Assembly (NCBI GenBank): GCA_049790855.1
Contig: JBAQZJ010000088.1
Location: 1 to 58,858 of the forward strand
From: Planctomycetaceae bacterium
GTDB taxonomy: Bacteria > Planctomycetota > Planctomycetia > Planctomycetales > Planctomycetaceae
Reading direction: 5' to 3'
DNA length: 58,858 bases
A program made the translations under genes and the position numbers. How positions within the stretch are numbered: position 1 is the first letter of the stretch; each line of letters starts with the position of its first letter. This document shows positions 36,646 through 43,367 of this stretch, piece by piece. The notes beneath the pieces were generated by a model that saw nothing but the letters and a program-made list of their open reading frames with translations, did no database searches and was not told where the DNA came from.

Positions 36646-38670
36646 TCACGTGAAGGCGACACCGCCTTGTTTGGCTTCTTGGAGCAGCCGCTTCGTGTTC
36701 TTCGCGGTTTCCTCGGTCGCTTTCGCGGTGCGTTCAGCGGGGCCTTCGGAGGCGAGACCGCGGGCGCCGAAGGCGTTGAACGTGCCCTGGACGCTCAGCT
36801 TTTCCTGGCCGATCTCGCTCAGCACCTCGCTGATGCCGGCCAGATCCAGCTGGCCCCGCTGCATCCGATTGGGACCGCCCGTCGCGTCGGCCTGCCGGCT
36901 GCGGGCCGCTTCGGCGAGCGCGGCCTCCCACTCCTTCCGGGCGGAGGCAATGGCGTCCTGCGAATCGGCGAGGTCGGCGGCATTCTGCCGCTGCCGCGCG
37001 GCACGGTCCGCGGCGGACATTTCCGCGACTTCGGCTTGCGCTCCCTGCCGCTCCGCTTCGATCTCGGCGCGGCGTTCGAGCCGTCGGCGTTCCCGCTCAC
37101 CGATCTGTCCGTGCAGCCGCTGTTCGTTCGTGGCGTTTTTGTTTGCGAACTCCTCGTCGAGAATGTTCGACGCTGCTTCGACGTCGAGTTCGCTGTCGAA
37201 CAGTTTCATCAGCCGCAGGATGCCCTTGCTGATCACGTTCTGGGCTTTGTTCCAGCCGGTCGTCAGGCTCGACGTGAACACGCTCCAGGCGTCCGCGAGA
37301 AACGCCGTCGTTTCGACCCCGGCGACCTGCAAGCCCGCCCAGGCATCGATCAGCAGCGACACGGCTCCGTAGAAGGCGTCCGAGGCCAGCGAGAGGAAAA
37401 ACTCCTTGAACCGGAGCCAGTGCCCTTCGAGGAACGCGACGCCCTTTCGCCATTCGATCTTGAGCGTCAGCCAGAGGATCTTCGCAGCCAGCGCGAGATC
37501 GCCGGCGGCGAGGGCGTCACCGATTCCCTTCCAGGCGGCGAGGGCATCGTCTTTCAGAATGCGGAACCGCTCGCCGAGCCAGTCGAGCGCTTTCGCCCCC
37601 AGACCGGACGCATATAAGAGGTATCCGGCGAGTCCCACGATCGCGGCCGCGGCAAGACCGATCGGCGTCAGAAGCGCGCCGATCGCGCTGCCGATGACGC
37701 CCAGCACCGTGCCGATGCCGGTGATCACGGCGGCCGCGAGGCCGAAGGCGGCACCGACACCCGAAATCAGCGTCCCGAGTACGATCAGCGCCGCGCCAGC
37801 GAGCGCCACGCCGGCGGCCATCTTGAACAGTGTCGTCACGAGCTGCCGGTTCTTCCCGATCACCTTGGCGACCCACTTGACGCCCTCGGCGAACCGGGCC
37901 ACGAGCGGCGTCAGCACCGGAATCAGCGCCGACCCGATCGCCGCCGCCGCGTCCTTGAGCGCGGATCGCATTCGCTTCAATTGATTCGCGAAGCTGCCGG
38001 CGGTCTTTTCCGCATCGCCCGCCGCGCCTTGTTTGCCGAGCGATTCCATGATGATCGCCACGCGTGCGAGGACCTTTTCCTGCTCGGTCGCCGAGGCCGT
38101 CGTCTTGTCGAGGCCCATTTCGAGGAATTTCGCATCGAGGGCGGCGGCCTTCGTATTGATGCCGAACTTGTCGAACACCTCGCTCGAACCCGACAGCGCT
38201 GCGAGAAAGCGTTCGTTGGCCTCCTCGTCGGAGAGATTGAAGAAGGAGGCGAAGTCGAGGGCGAGCGATTGCAGTTCCTGACTCATCTCCCGCGCCTTCG
38301 CGGGATCGAAGTCGAGGCCGACGAACATCGCCTGGAACGAGGACATCGAGTCCCGAATGTCGATCGCCGAGCGGCCGACGTCGGCGGCGAGTTGGTTGAC
38401 GAATTGACCGGCGACCGCTGCCTCCTTCCCGAACACGGCGTTGAACTTGTTCATTCCCTCCTGCAGATCGCTGGCGACGTCGAGCGTGGCGAGCAGCGGC
38501 GCCGTGAGCGTCGCCCCGCCGGCGAACAGTTTCGTGCCCAGCGACCGTACGCCGGTGCCGAACGCCTTCAGCCGCCGCTCGGCGAGCTTCAGGCCGCGCA
38601 CGAGCTTCGTGTCGTCGGCGAACAGCTCGACAAAGGCACGGCCGGCACGAATTGCGTGAGAGGAAGCCAT
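36646..38670 (-). CDS. Tail tape measure protein
   Basis: 674 aa, with helical/Ala-Gly-rich and TM-like central segments. N-terminal TP901-type TMP core pattern (FVELFADDTKLVRGLKLAERRLKAFG...). Positioned after the chaperone pair. Confidence 0.85.
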   Translation of the reverse strand: MASSHAIRAGRAFVELFADDTKLVRGLKLAERRLKAFGTGVRSLGTKLFAGGATLTAPLLATLDVASDLQEGMNKFNAVFGKEAAVAGQFVNQLAADVGRSAIDIRDSMSSFQAMFVGLDFDPAKAREMSQELQSLALDFASFFNLSDEEANERFLAALSGSSEVFDKFGINTKAAALDAKFLEMGLDKTTASATEQEKVLARVAIIMESLGKQGAAGDAEKTAGSFANQLKRMRSALKDAAAAIGSALIPVLTPLVARFAEGVKWVAKVIGKNRQLVTTLFKMAAGVALAGAALIVLGTLISGVGAAFGLAAAVITGIGTVLGVIGSAIGALLTPIGLAAAAIVGLAGYLLYASGLGAKALDWLGERFRILKDDALAAWKGIGDALAAGDLALAAKILWLTLKIEWRKGVAFLEGHWLRFKEFFLSLASDAFYGAVSLLIDAWAGLQVAGVETTAFLADAWSVFTSSLTTGWNKAQNVISKGILRLMKLFDSELDVEAASNILDEEFANKNATNEQRLHGQIGERERRRLERRAEIEAERQGAQAEVAEMSAADRAARQRQNAADLADSQDAIASARKEWEAALAEAARSRQADATGGPNRMQRGQLDLAGISEVLSEIGQEKLSVQGTFNAFGARGLASEGPAERTAKATEETAKNTKRLLQEAKQGGVAFT

Positions 38671-38685
38671 CGGATTGGAGCGGGA

Positions 38686-38892
38686 TCAGGTGTCGCGGAC
38701 GAAGACAGTTTTCAGGATGCTGACGTCGACTTTGGGTGCGGGTGAGGACGTTGGTGGAGATCGTTTCAGGGCGGGATGAAAATCGGCCGGTTTGAAGGCT
38801 TTTCCCTTCTTGGGATCGCGGTGGACGTTGGCGAGCAGGGCGAGCACCGCGGCGGTGTGGTTCCAGTAGTCGGTCTGTTTCGCATCGGCCAT
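38686..38892 (-). CDS. Tail assembly chaperone, -1 frame extension (gpT-like part)
   Basis: The frame is open far upstream of its first Met and overlaps the end of 38913..39398 in the -1 frame. Protein-like sequence ...PLTLRELVWMADAKQTDYWNHTAAVLALLANVHRDPKKGKAFKPADFHP. Confidence 0.5.
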   Translation of the reverse strand: MADAKQTDYWNHTAAVLALLANVHRDPKKGKAFKPADFHPALKRSPPTSSPAPKVDVSILKTVFVRDT

Positions 38893-38912
38893 CCAGACGA
38901 GCTCGCGGAGCG

Positions 38913-39398
38913 TCAGGGGTCCGGGGGCGAGGCCGACGATGCCGGCGAGTTGCCAGACGAGCTTCCAGGGGTCGAGGCGAGCGCCGCTGCCATCTGCCGT
39001 TCCAGTTCGTCGCTGTCGAGCCTCTCGTTCGCCGTCGCCAGCGCCATCTGCTCCAATGCCTGCAGCTTGTCGAGCGCCTTGCGAAACACCGCCCGACGCC
39101 CGCTCGGGAAAAAATCGACGAGTTCCTCCAGCAAGGCCGTCGTCGCGGCTTCCAGCACGTCGCCACCGAGCGACCGCCCGAATTCTTCGTCCGTGACCTG
39201 CTTCGCGATGGCCTCCGGCTCAACGAGCACGAACAGCACGTCGCACAGCAACACCGGATCGCCGACGAGCCGCTCGAGCAGCCGCCCTTCGATGGCGTCG
39301 AGCAGATTGACGTCGAGCCGCGCCCGAACGCGCCGGATCGCATCGACATTGATGACCACGCTCCAGGCCCGGCCGGCCGTGTCGGTGAAGGTGTGCAT
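38913..39398 (-). CDS. Tail assembly chaperone (gpG-like)
   Basis: Acidic 161-aa protein between the tail tube and tape measure genes. Ends ...GAC CCC TGA with a CCCC run. Confidence 0.6.
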   Translation of the reverse strand: MHTFTDTAGRAWSVVINVDAIRRVRARLDVNLLDAIEGRLLERLVGDPVLLCDVLFVLVEPEAIAKQVTDEEFGRSLGGDVLEAATTALLEELVDFFPSGRRAVFRKALDKLQALEQMALATANERLDSDELERQMAAALASTPGSSSGNSPASSASPPDP

Positions 39399-39542
39399 TG
39401 GCGGGTGGGATGTGGGATTTGGGATGTGGGAAATGGTTGAGGGTTGAGAGCTGAGGGTTGAGGAGACGGGAGAGACGGGGGACGGGGAGACGCGGGAGAA
39501 ATCCCTCGATCCCTCGTCTCCCCCCGTCCCCCGCCTCCCCGA
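39399..39542 (-). repeat. Composite intergenic element: heptamer-array hairpin plus G-free CCCACAT leader
   Basis: After the tail-tube stop: GGAGACG/GGGGACG heptamer arms (39464-39498 versus 39503-39540) and a GGTTGAG array (39437-39463). Then CCATTTCCCACATCCCAAATCCCACATCCCACCCGCCA abuts the ATG at 39398. Confidence 0.8.
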
Positions 39543-39983
39543 TCACGGCACCGTCATCCATTCGGGCGGATTCGCCGAATAGGTCGGCTTCGCCGTGACG
39601 CTGACGGTGATCGCTTCTTCGAGGGGTTCACTGCGGCTGAAGTTGGTGATCGACATCGTGGCCCGGAGCCCCTGTGAGCCGGAGGCGGCGACGTCGCCGT
39701 CCATGACCGCGAACTCGACGCTGCCGTTGGTCAGGAAGGCGGTGCGGATCGCGGTGAAATCGTCATCCTCGGCGTCCCAGACCATCTCGAACTCGAGGCT
39801 GGCGTCCCGCAGCGTGGCGATGTTCGCCCGCCAGCCGGCGTTGCCGCGGGTCGTCACGTCCGCCTCTCCGGCTTCGAGGCTGAGCGTCACGTCCTTGACG
39901 TTCGTGATCTCCGACCAGGTCGGCGTCGCGTAGACGCCGGTGTTGAGAAACAGCTTCGCATCCATCCCGAGCTTCACCGCCAT
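39543..39983 (-). CDS. Major tail (tube) protein, TP901-1-like family
   Basis: MAVKLGMDAKLFLNTGVYATPTWSEITNVKDVTLSLEAGEADVTTRGNAGWRANIATLRDASLEF fits the major-tail-protein pattern. The track ORF start (40097) adds a His/Arg-rich non-protein-like extension. Confidence 0.8.
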   Translation of the reverse strand: MAVKLGMDAKLFLNTGVYATPTWSEITNVKDVTLSLEAGEADVTTRGNAGWRANIATLRDASLEFEMVWDAEDDDFTAIRTAFLTNGSVEFAVMDGDVAASGSQGLRATMSITNFSRSEPLEEAITVSVTAKPTYSANPPEWMTVP

Positions 39984-40017
39984 CGCACAGCACTCCTCAG
40001 CAGCGGGGGAGGTAGTG

Positions 40018-40962
40018 TCAGGAGCGGGGCGAACCGTCCGTGCGGTTCGATGACTCCGATGGCGATGCCGATGCCGATGAAAACGATCCGCCGGCACGGA
40101 GTGCCTCGAGCAGCCGCTGGAACTGCTCGTCGCTGAGCAGCGTCTGCCGGCCGCTCTCGATCCGCCACCGGCGAAACATCCGCAGCAGCCACGGCACGCC
40201 GACCGCCAGCAGCAGCGTCACCAACGACGTGCCCGCCAGCGTGAACGCCGTGCCCCAGGAGCCGGTCGCCGGCGAGTCGGCCGGTTCGAGGTCGGGCGGG
40301 ATCAGCGGCCGGCCGTCCGGAAGCACCGGCGTGACGCTCGGCCGCGGATCGACGCGGGGCACCGGCTGCCAGGGCGGATCGATGCCGATCGCCTCCTCTT
40401 TGGAACGATGGGCGGGAACTTGCGGGGTGGCCTCAAACTTCGAGACGTATTTGCGGATCGCCGTCGTGATCTGCCGGGCCAGCCGCTGAGGGTCGCCGCC
40501 GTAAGTGCCCTGGAAGACGATCGTCTCGGGTTTACCGTAGCGGCCGCTACGGGGCGGCTGCACGACGATCGTCGGAAAGGCGGTCACCTGGAGCCGCTCG
40601 AAGCGGAACGCCTGACTCGCGTCCTCGCGGTAATAGACGTTGTAATGCGCCCAGGACTTGGCGGGATCGTTCGGATCGGCGAGCGCCAGCAGCCAGGGGT
40701 CGGTCGTCCAGTCGCGCTTGATCTGTTCGCAGGCCGCGCAGCCCCGCATCGAGAGCACCGTAATGAACCATTTGTCGGCGTCGCTCGCCGGCGGCCCCAT
40801 CGCCTCGACGAAGGGGTCGACCGGATCGCCGCCGATCCCGTCGACATGCTGCGCAAGGTTCCCCAGCCGCAGCACCTCGGCCTTGTCGACCTCCGGCGCC
40901 TGGCCGGCCGCGGCCGGCAGCGCGGCCAGCACGGCCATGATGGCAAGCGTCATTTGTTTCAC
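40018..40962 (-). CDS. Exported, membrane-anchored thioredoxin-fold protein (CxxC)
   Basis: Signal peptide (LAIMAVLAALPAAAGQ). WFITVLSMRGCAACEQIKRDW (CxxC), cis-Pro loop VTAFPTIVV, and a terminal beta-alpha (IVFQGTYGGDPQRLARQITTAIRKY). Pro-rich linker, TM (FTLAGTSLVTLLLAVGVPWLL) and a cytoplasmic tail. GTG start with GAGGAG upstream. Confidence 0.65.
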   Translation of the reverse strand: MKQMTLAIMAVLAALPAAAGQAPEVDKAEVLRLGNLAQHVDGIGGDPVDPFVEAMGPPASDADKWFITVLSMRGCAACEQIKRDWTTDPWLLALADPNDPAKSWAHYNVYYREDASQAFRFERLQVTAFPTIVVQPPRSGRYGKPETIVFQGTYGGDPQRLARQITTAIRKYVSKFEATPQVPAHRSKEEAIGIDPPWQPVPRVDPRPSVTPVLPDGRPLIPPDLEPADSPATGSWGTAFTLAGTSLVTLLLAVGVPWLLRMFRRWRIESGRQTLLSDEQFQRLLEALRAGGSFSSASASPSESSNRTDGSPRS

Positions 40963-41009
40963 GTCGTCTCCTCTCAGGTTTTCAGGGTTTCGAGGTCCGG
41001 TTGTTCTTC

Positions 41010-41043
41010 AATCCGCAATCCAAAATCCGCAATCCAAAATCCG
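41010..41043. repeat. Tandem repeat (AATCCGC AATCCAA)x2.4, i.e. a 7/14-nt periodic array
   Basis: aatccgcaatccaaaatccgcaatccaaaatccg, located between the stop of 41045..41611 and the start of 40018..40962. Confidence 0.85.
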
Positions 41044-41044
41044 T

Positions 41045-41611
41045 TCAGTCCCACCAGTTCACGTACTGCGGCCGGGCGGGATGCGGCGGGTAATCGAGAA
41101 TCACGACCCACTGGCCGCTGGCCAGATGCAGCCGCCGGAAGGCCGCCTCGTCGTAGGCATCGATCCGCTGGGGCGAGTTGTTGTTGCAGACGTACCAGGT
41201 GCCGGTTGGCTCGTCGTAGCCCATCAGCGTTTGAAAGTGGGCGGTGCCGGCGCCGATCGCCGCGCCGCGGCCGGTCCTGGCGGCCCACTTCATCCAGTCG
41301 AAGGTCCGCTCGCCGGTGACGTTGTAGATGCGGATGCCGCGCTGCCGGCTGTAGGCGGCCACGCGGGAGGGATAGGAGCCGCCCCGCTCGCGGGGGCCGT
41401 ATTCGCTGTCCCACAGCAGCGTCGCCGCGGCGGGGACGTTCTGGTCGACGCCGCACATGCCGATCGAGCACTGGACGCAGGAGCCGTCGGGATTGCGGTA
41501 CCATTGCCGGATCTCCGCCGGCAGGTCGACGGCGAGCTCGTCCTGGGCGAAGACGCGCGGCAGCGCCCCGAGCAGCAGCATCCCGAACGAGACGACGGCG
41601 ATCACACGCAT
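41045..41611 (-). CDS. Secreted papain/CHAP-like cysteine-peptidase-fold protein (putative)
   Basis: Signal peptide (VVSFGMLLLGALPRVFAQ). Candidate nucleophile context NPDGSCVQCSIGMCG and a downstream GTAHFQTLMGYD...NNN, consistent with a Cys-His-Asn/Asp triad. The assignment is by pattern only. Confidence 0.4.
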   Translation of the reverse strand: MRVIAVVSFGMLLLGALPRVFAQDELAVDLPAEIRQWYRNPDGSCVQCSIGMCGVDQNVPAAATLLWDSEYGPRERGGSYPSRVAAYSRQRGIRIYNVTGERTFDWMKWAARTGRGAAIGAGTAHFQTLMGYDEPTGTWYVCNNNSPQRIDAYDEAAFRRLHLASGQWVVILDYPPHPARPQYVNWWD

Positions 41612-41638
41612 ACGGGGGGTTCCTTCGATTCAAAAAGT

Positions 41639-42079
41639 TCAGCGAACGGAGTCTTTCCACAGGGCGGGCAGCTGCGATTGTTCTTTTTCGAAGGCCGGAC
41701 CCATGTAGGGCCGCGGCTCGATCTCGACACGGACGCGTTTTCGACGGGCTGTGGCGACGACCGCTTCACCGCCATGCTCGAGCGCGGCCGGAGCGCCCGA
41801 GCCGCCGCTCAGGCGAATCGGCCCGATCACGACCGAGCGCCGGTCGGGATCGAACAGGAAATAGATGTGCCGCTTGAGCAGCCCGGTCCGGTTCGTGGGC
41901 GACTCGCCCGGCCGGGACGTCCGCTTCCGGCGGCGAATCCGCTGTTTCGCATCCTGGCGGACGAAGGCCCCGAACTTCGAGAGCACCCGCCGCTCGGCCC
42001 GCGCGACCGCCGACTGCACCTTCGGGCGGTCGAAGAACAGGCCCTTCGCCTGGGCGAGACGGAATCCGACGGCCGGCAT
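41639..42079 (-). CDS. HK97 gp10-like head-tail/tail-completion protein
   Basis: Size, position and the pattern KFGAFVRQDAKQRIRRRKRTSRPGESPTNRTGLLKRHIYF...GGEAVVATARRKRVRVEIEPRPYMGPA. Confidence 0.55.
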   Translation of the reverse strand: MPAVGFRLAQAKGLFFDRPKVQSAVARAERRVLSKFGAFVRQDAKQRIRRRKRTSRPGESPTNRTGLLKRHIYFLFDPDRRSVVIGPIRLSGGSGAPAALEHGGEAVVATARRKRVRVEIEPRPYMGPAFEKEQSQLPALWKDSVR

Positions 42080-42085
42080 CAGCAG

Positions 42086-42514
42086 TTACGGAAAGACGCG
42101 GAACGTGAGCGTCAGCACGCTCGTGAAGGTCCGCAGTTGTTCGATGTGCTCGGGGGCATAGATCGGCTTGAACTCGGTTTTGACCCACGCCGCCGCGGGA
42201 AAGCTGTCGAGCCGCTTGCCCGTGAAGTGCGCCGCGATCTCTTCCGCGAGGGCCAGCAGCGAGTCGAGCGTGCCGTTCTCCTCGCTCGTCAGCTTCCGCT
42301 GCACCGCCACGTCGACGGCGACGTCCTGCTGCGTCTGTCCGCGGGCAACCGTCGCGATCGTCACGTGGCTCGGTACGACCGTCACGCAGAGCGACCGAAG
42401 CGCGGCGAGCTCGGCGCGGGGCAGGTAGGCCCGCTGCGCCGTGAACGACTGACTGAAGGTCGTCGCGTCGAGCTCCGCCAGCACGGCTTCGGCGACTTGA
42501 GTGATCAGCGGCAT
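42086..42514 (-). CDS. Phage head-tail connector-region protein (hypothetical)
   Basis: 142 aa with strong GC3 bias. ATGA overlap with the upstream gene at 42512-42516. Position between the capsid and tail genes. Confidence 0.5.
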   Translation of the reverse strand: MPLITQVAEAVLAELDATTFSQSFTAQRAYLPRAELAALRSLCVTVVPSHVTIATVARGQTQQDVAVDVAVQRKLTSEENGTLDSLLALAEEIAAHFTGKRLDSFPAAAWVKTEFKPIYAPEHIEQLRTFTSVLTLTFRVFP

Positions 42515-42867
42515 CAGGTCTCCGTGGCTCCGAGGAACTTCGTCGTGATCCGCAGCGTCTGCCGATACGGATCGGAATACCGCCAGTCGATGACTTCGAA
42601 CTCCCGCATCCCCTCGCGGACGACGTCACCCCGCGTCGGCTCGATCGCCTGGCCGTCCAGCACGAGGTCGGCCGCCAGCACCAGGAAGTCGCGGTCGGTG
42701 AACTCGATCCGGGCCACGGTGCCGTCGTCGGTCTCGTAGCGCGTCCGGCCGATCGTCGCGGCGATCTCGACCTGCGCTGTGCCGCGGCGGTAGGTGACGG
42801 TCGTCGTGAGATGCCGCGTCCGCTGCTGCTCAAGCCAGGCCGCTCCCTGGGCGAGGAGGTCGGGCAT
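42514..42867 (-). CDS. Putative head-tail adaptor/connector protein
   Basis: Start at MPDLLAQ (ATG 42867), directly preceded by CTACATCCCACATCCCACTCC. 117 aa, typical position after the capsid/decoration genes. Confidence 0.5.
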   Translation of the reverse strand: MPDLLAQGAAWLEQQRTRHLTTTVTYRRGTAQVEIAATIGRTRYETDDGTVARIEFTDRDFLVLAADLVLDGQAIEPTRGDVVREGMREFEVIDWRYSDPYRQTLRITTKFLGATET

Positions 42868-42965
42868 GGAGTGGGATGTGGGATGTAGAAGGTTGAGAGT
42901 TGAGGGTGGAGAGTTGAGTGAGGCAGGCGTATTTCCTCTCAACTCTCATCCATCAACTCTCAACC
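42868..42965 (-). repeat. Composite intergenic element: heptamer-array hairpin plus G-free CCCACAT leader
   Basis: Arms GGTTGAGAGTTGAGGGTGGAGAGTTGAG (42891-42918) and CTCAACTCTCATCCATCAACTCTCAACC (42938-42965) are about 26/30 complementary. Then CTACATCCCACATCCCACTCC abuts the ATG at 42867. Confidence 0.85.
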
Positions 42966-43295
42966 TCATTGGCTCAGCCTTACGCGGACGGTCGGGTCGG
43001 TCGTCGCCGCCGCGCGGACGACCTTGCCGATCGCCTTGTTCCCCGTCGCGGTCACGGTGACGACGTCGTTGACGTTGTCCCAGTAGAGAATCGTGCCGAC
43101 GGTGTAGGCGATGTCGGTCGTCTTGGCGAAGTCGAACACGCCGCAAATTGCCAGGACGCCGAGCGCCCCGGCCCGGATATCGAGCCGGGCGACGCCGAGG
43201 AGGTCGCCCTGGACGACGACCTCGCCGGCGGCGACGTCGGCTCCAGGGATGTAGTCGATCGCCGCCCCTTCCTGGACGAACACGGCTTGAGGCAT
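42966..43295 (-). CDS. DUF2190-family capsid decoration/cement-like protein
   Basis: MPQAVFVQEGAAIDYIPGADVAAGEVVVQGDLLGVARLDIRAGALGVLAICGVFDFAKT...GTILYWD matches the DUF2190 pattern. GGGAG lies 8 nt upstream of the ATG at 43295. Confidence 0.7.
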   Translation of the reverse strand: MPQAVFVQEGAAIDYIPGADVAAGEVVVQGDLLGVARLDIRAGALGVLAICGVFDFAKTTDIAYTVGTILYWDNVNDVVTVTATGNKAIGKVVRAAATTDPTVRVRLSQ

Positions 43296-43367
43296 CGAGG
43301 AGACTCCCAACGGACGGAATGAGGAATCAGCAGGCAATCCGGATCAGTAGGACGACGTCCACGACGA

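Noticed and set aside
37517-39349. 610-aa minus-strand ORF overlapping the tape measure and chaperone genes
   Set aside because: It is an alternative frame of the TMP gene with an Arg-rich translation. The TMP frame (36646..38670) has the recognisable TMP features.
40658-42739. 693-aa plus-strand ORF
   Set aside because: It is antisense to five well-supported phage genes. The translation is Arg/Ala/Pro-rich with no motifs, so it is a shadow ORF.
36547-42965. Heptamer arrays as a possible CRISPR array
   Set aside because: The repeat unit is 7 nt and directly tandem with no spacers. The arrays are short, form inverted pairs and sit between or within genes. No cas genes are present.
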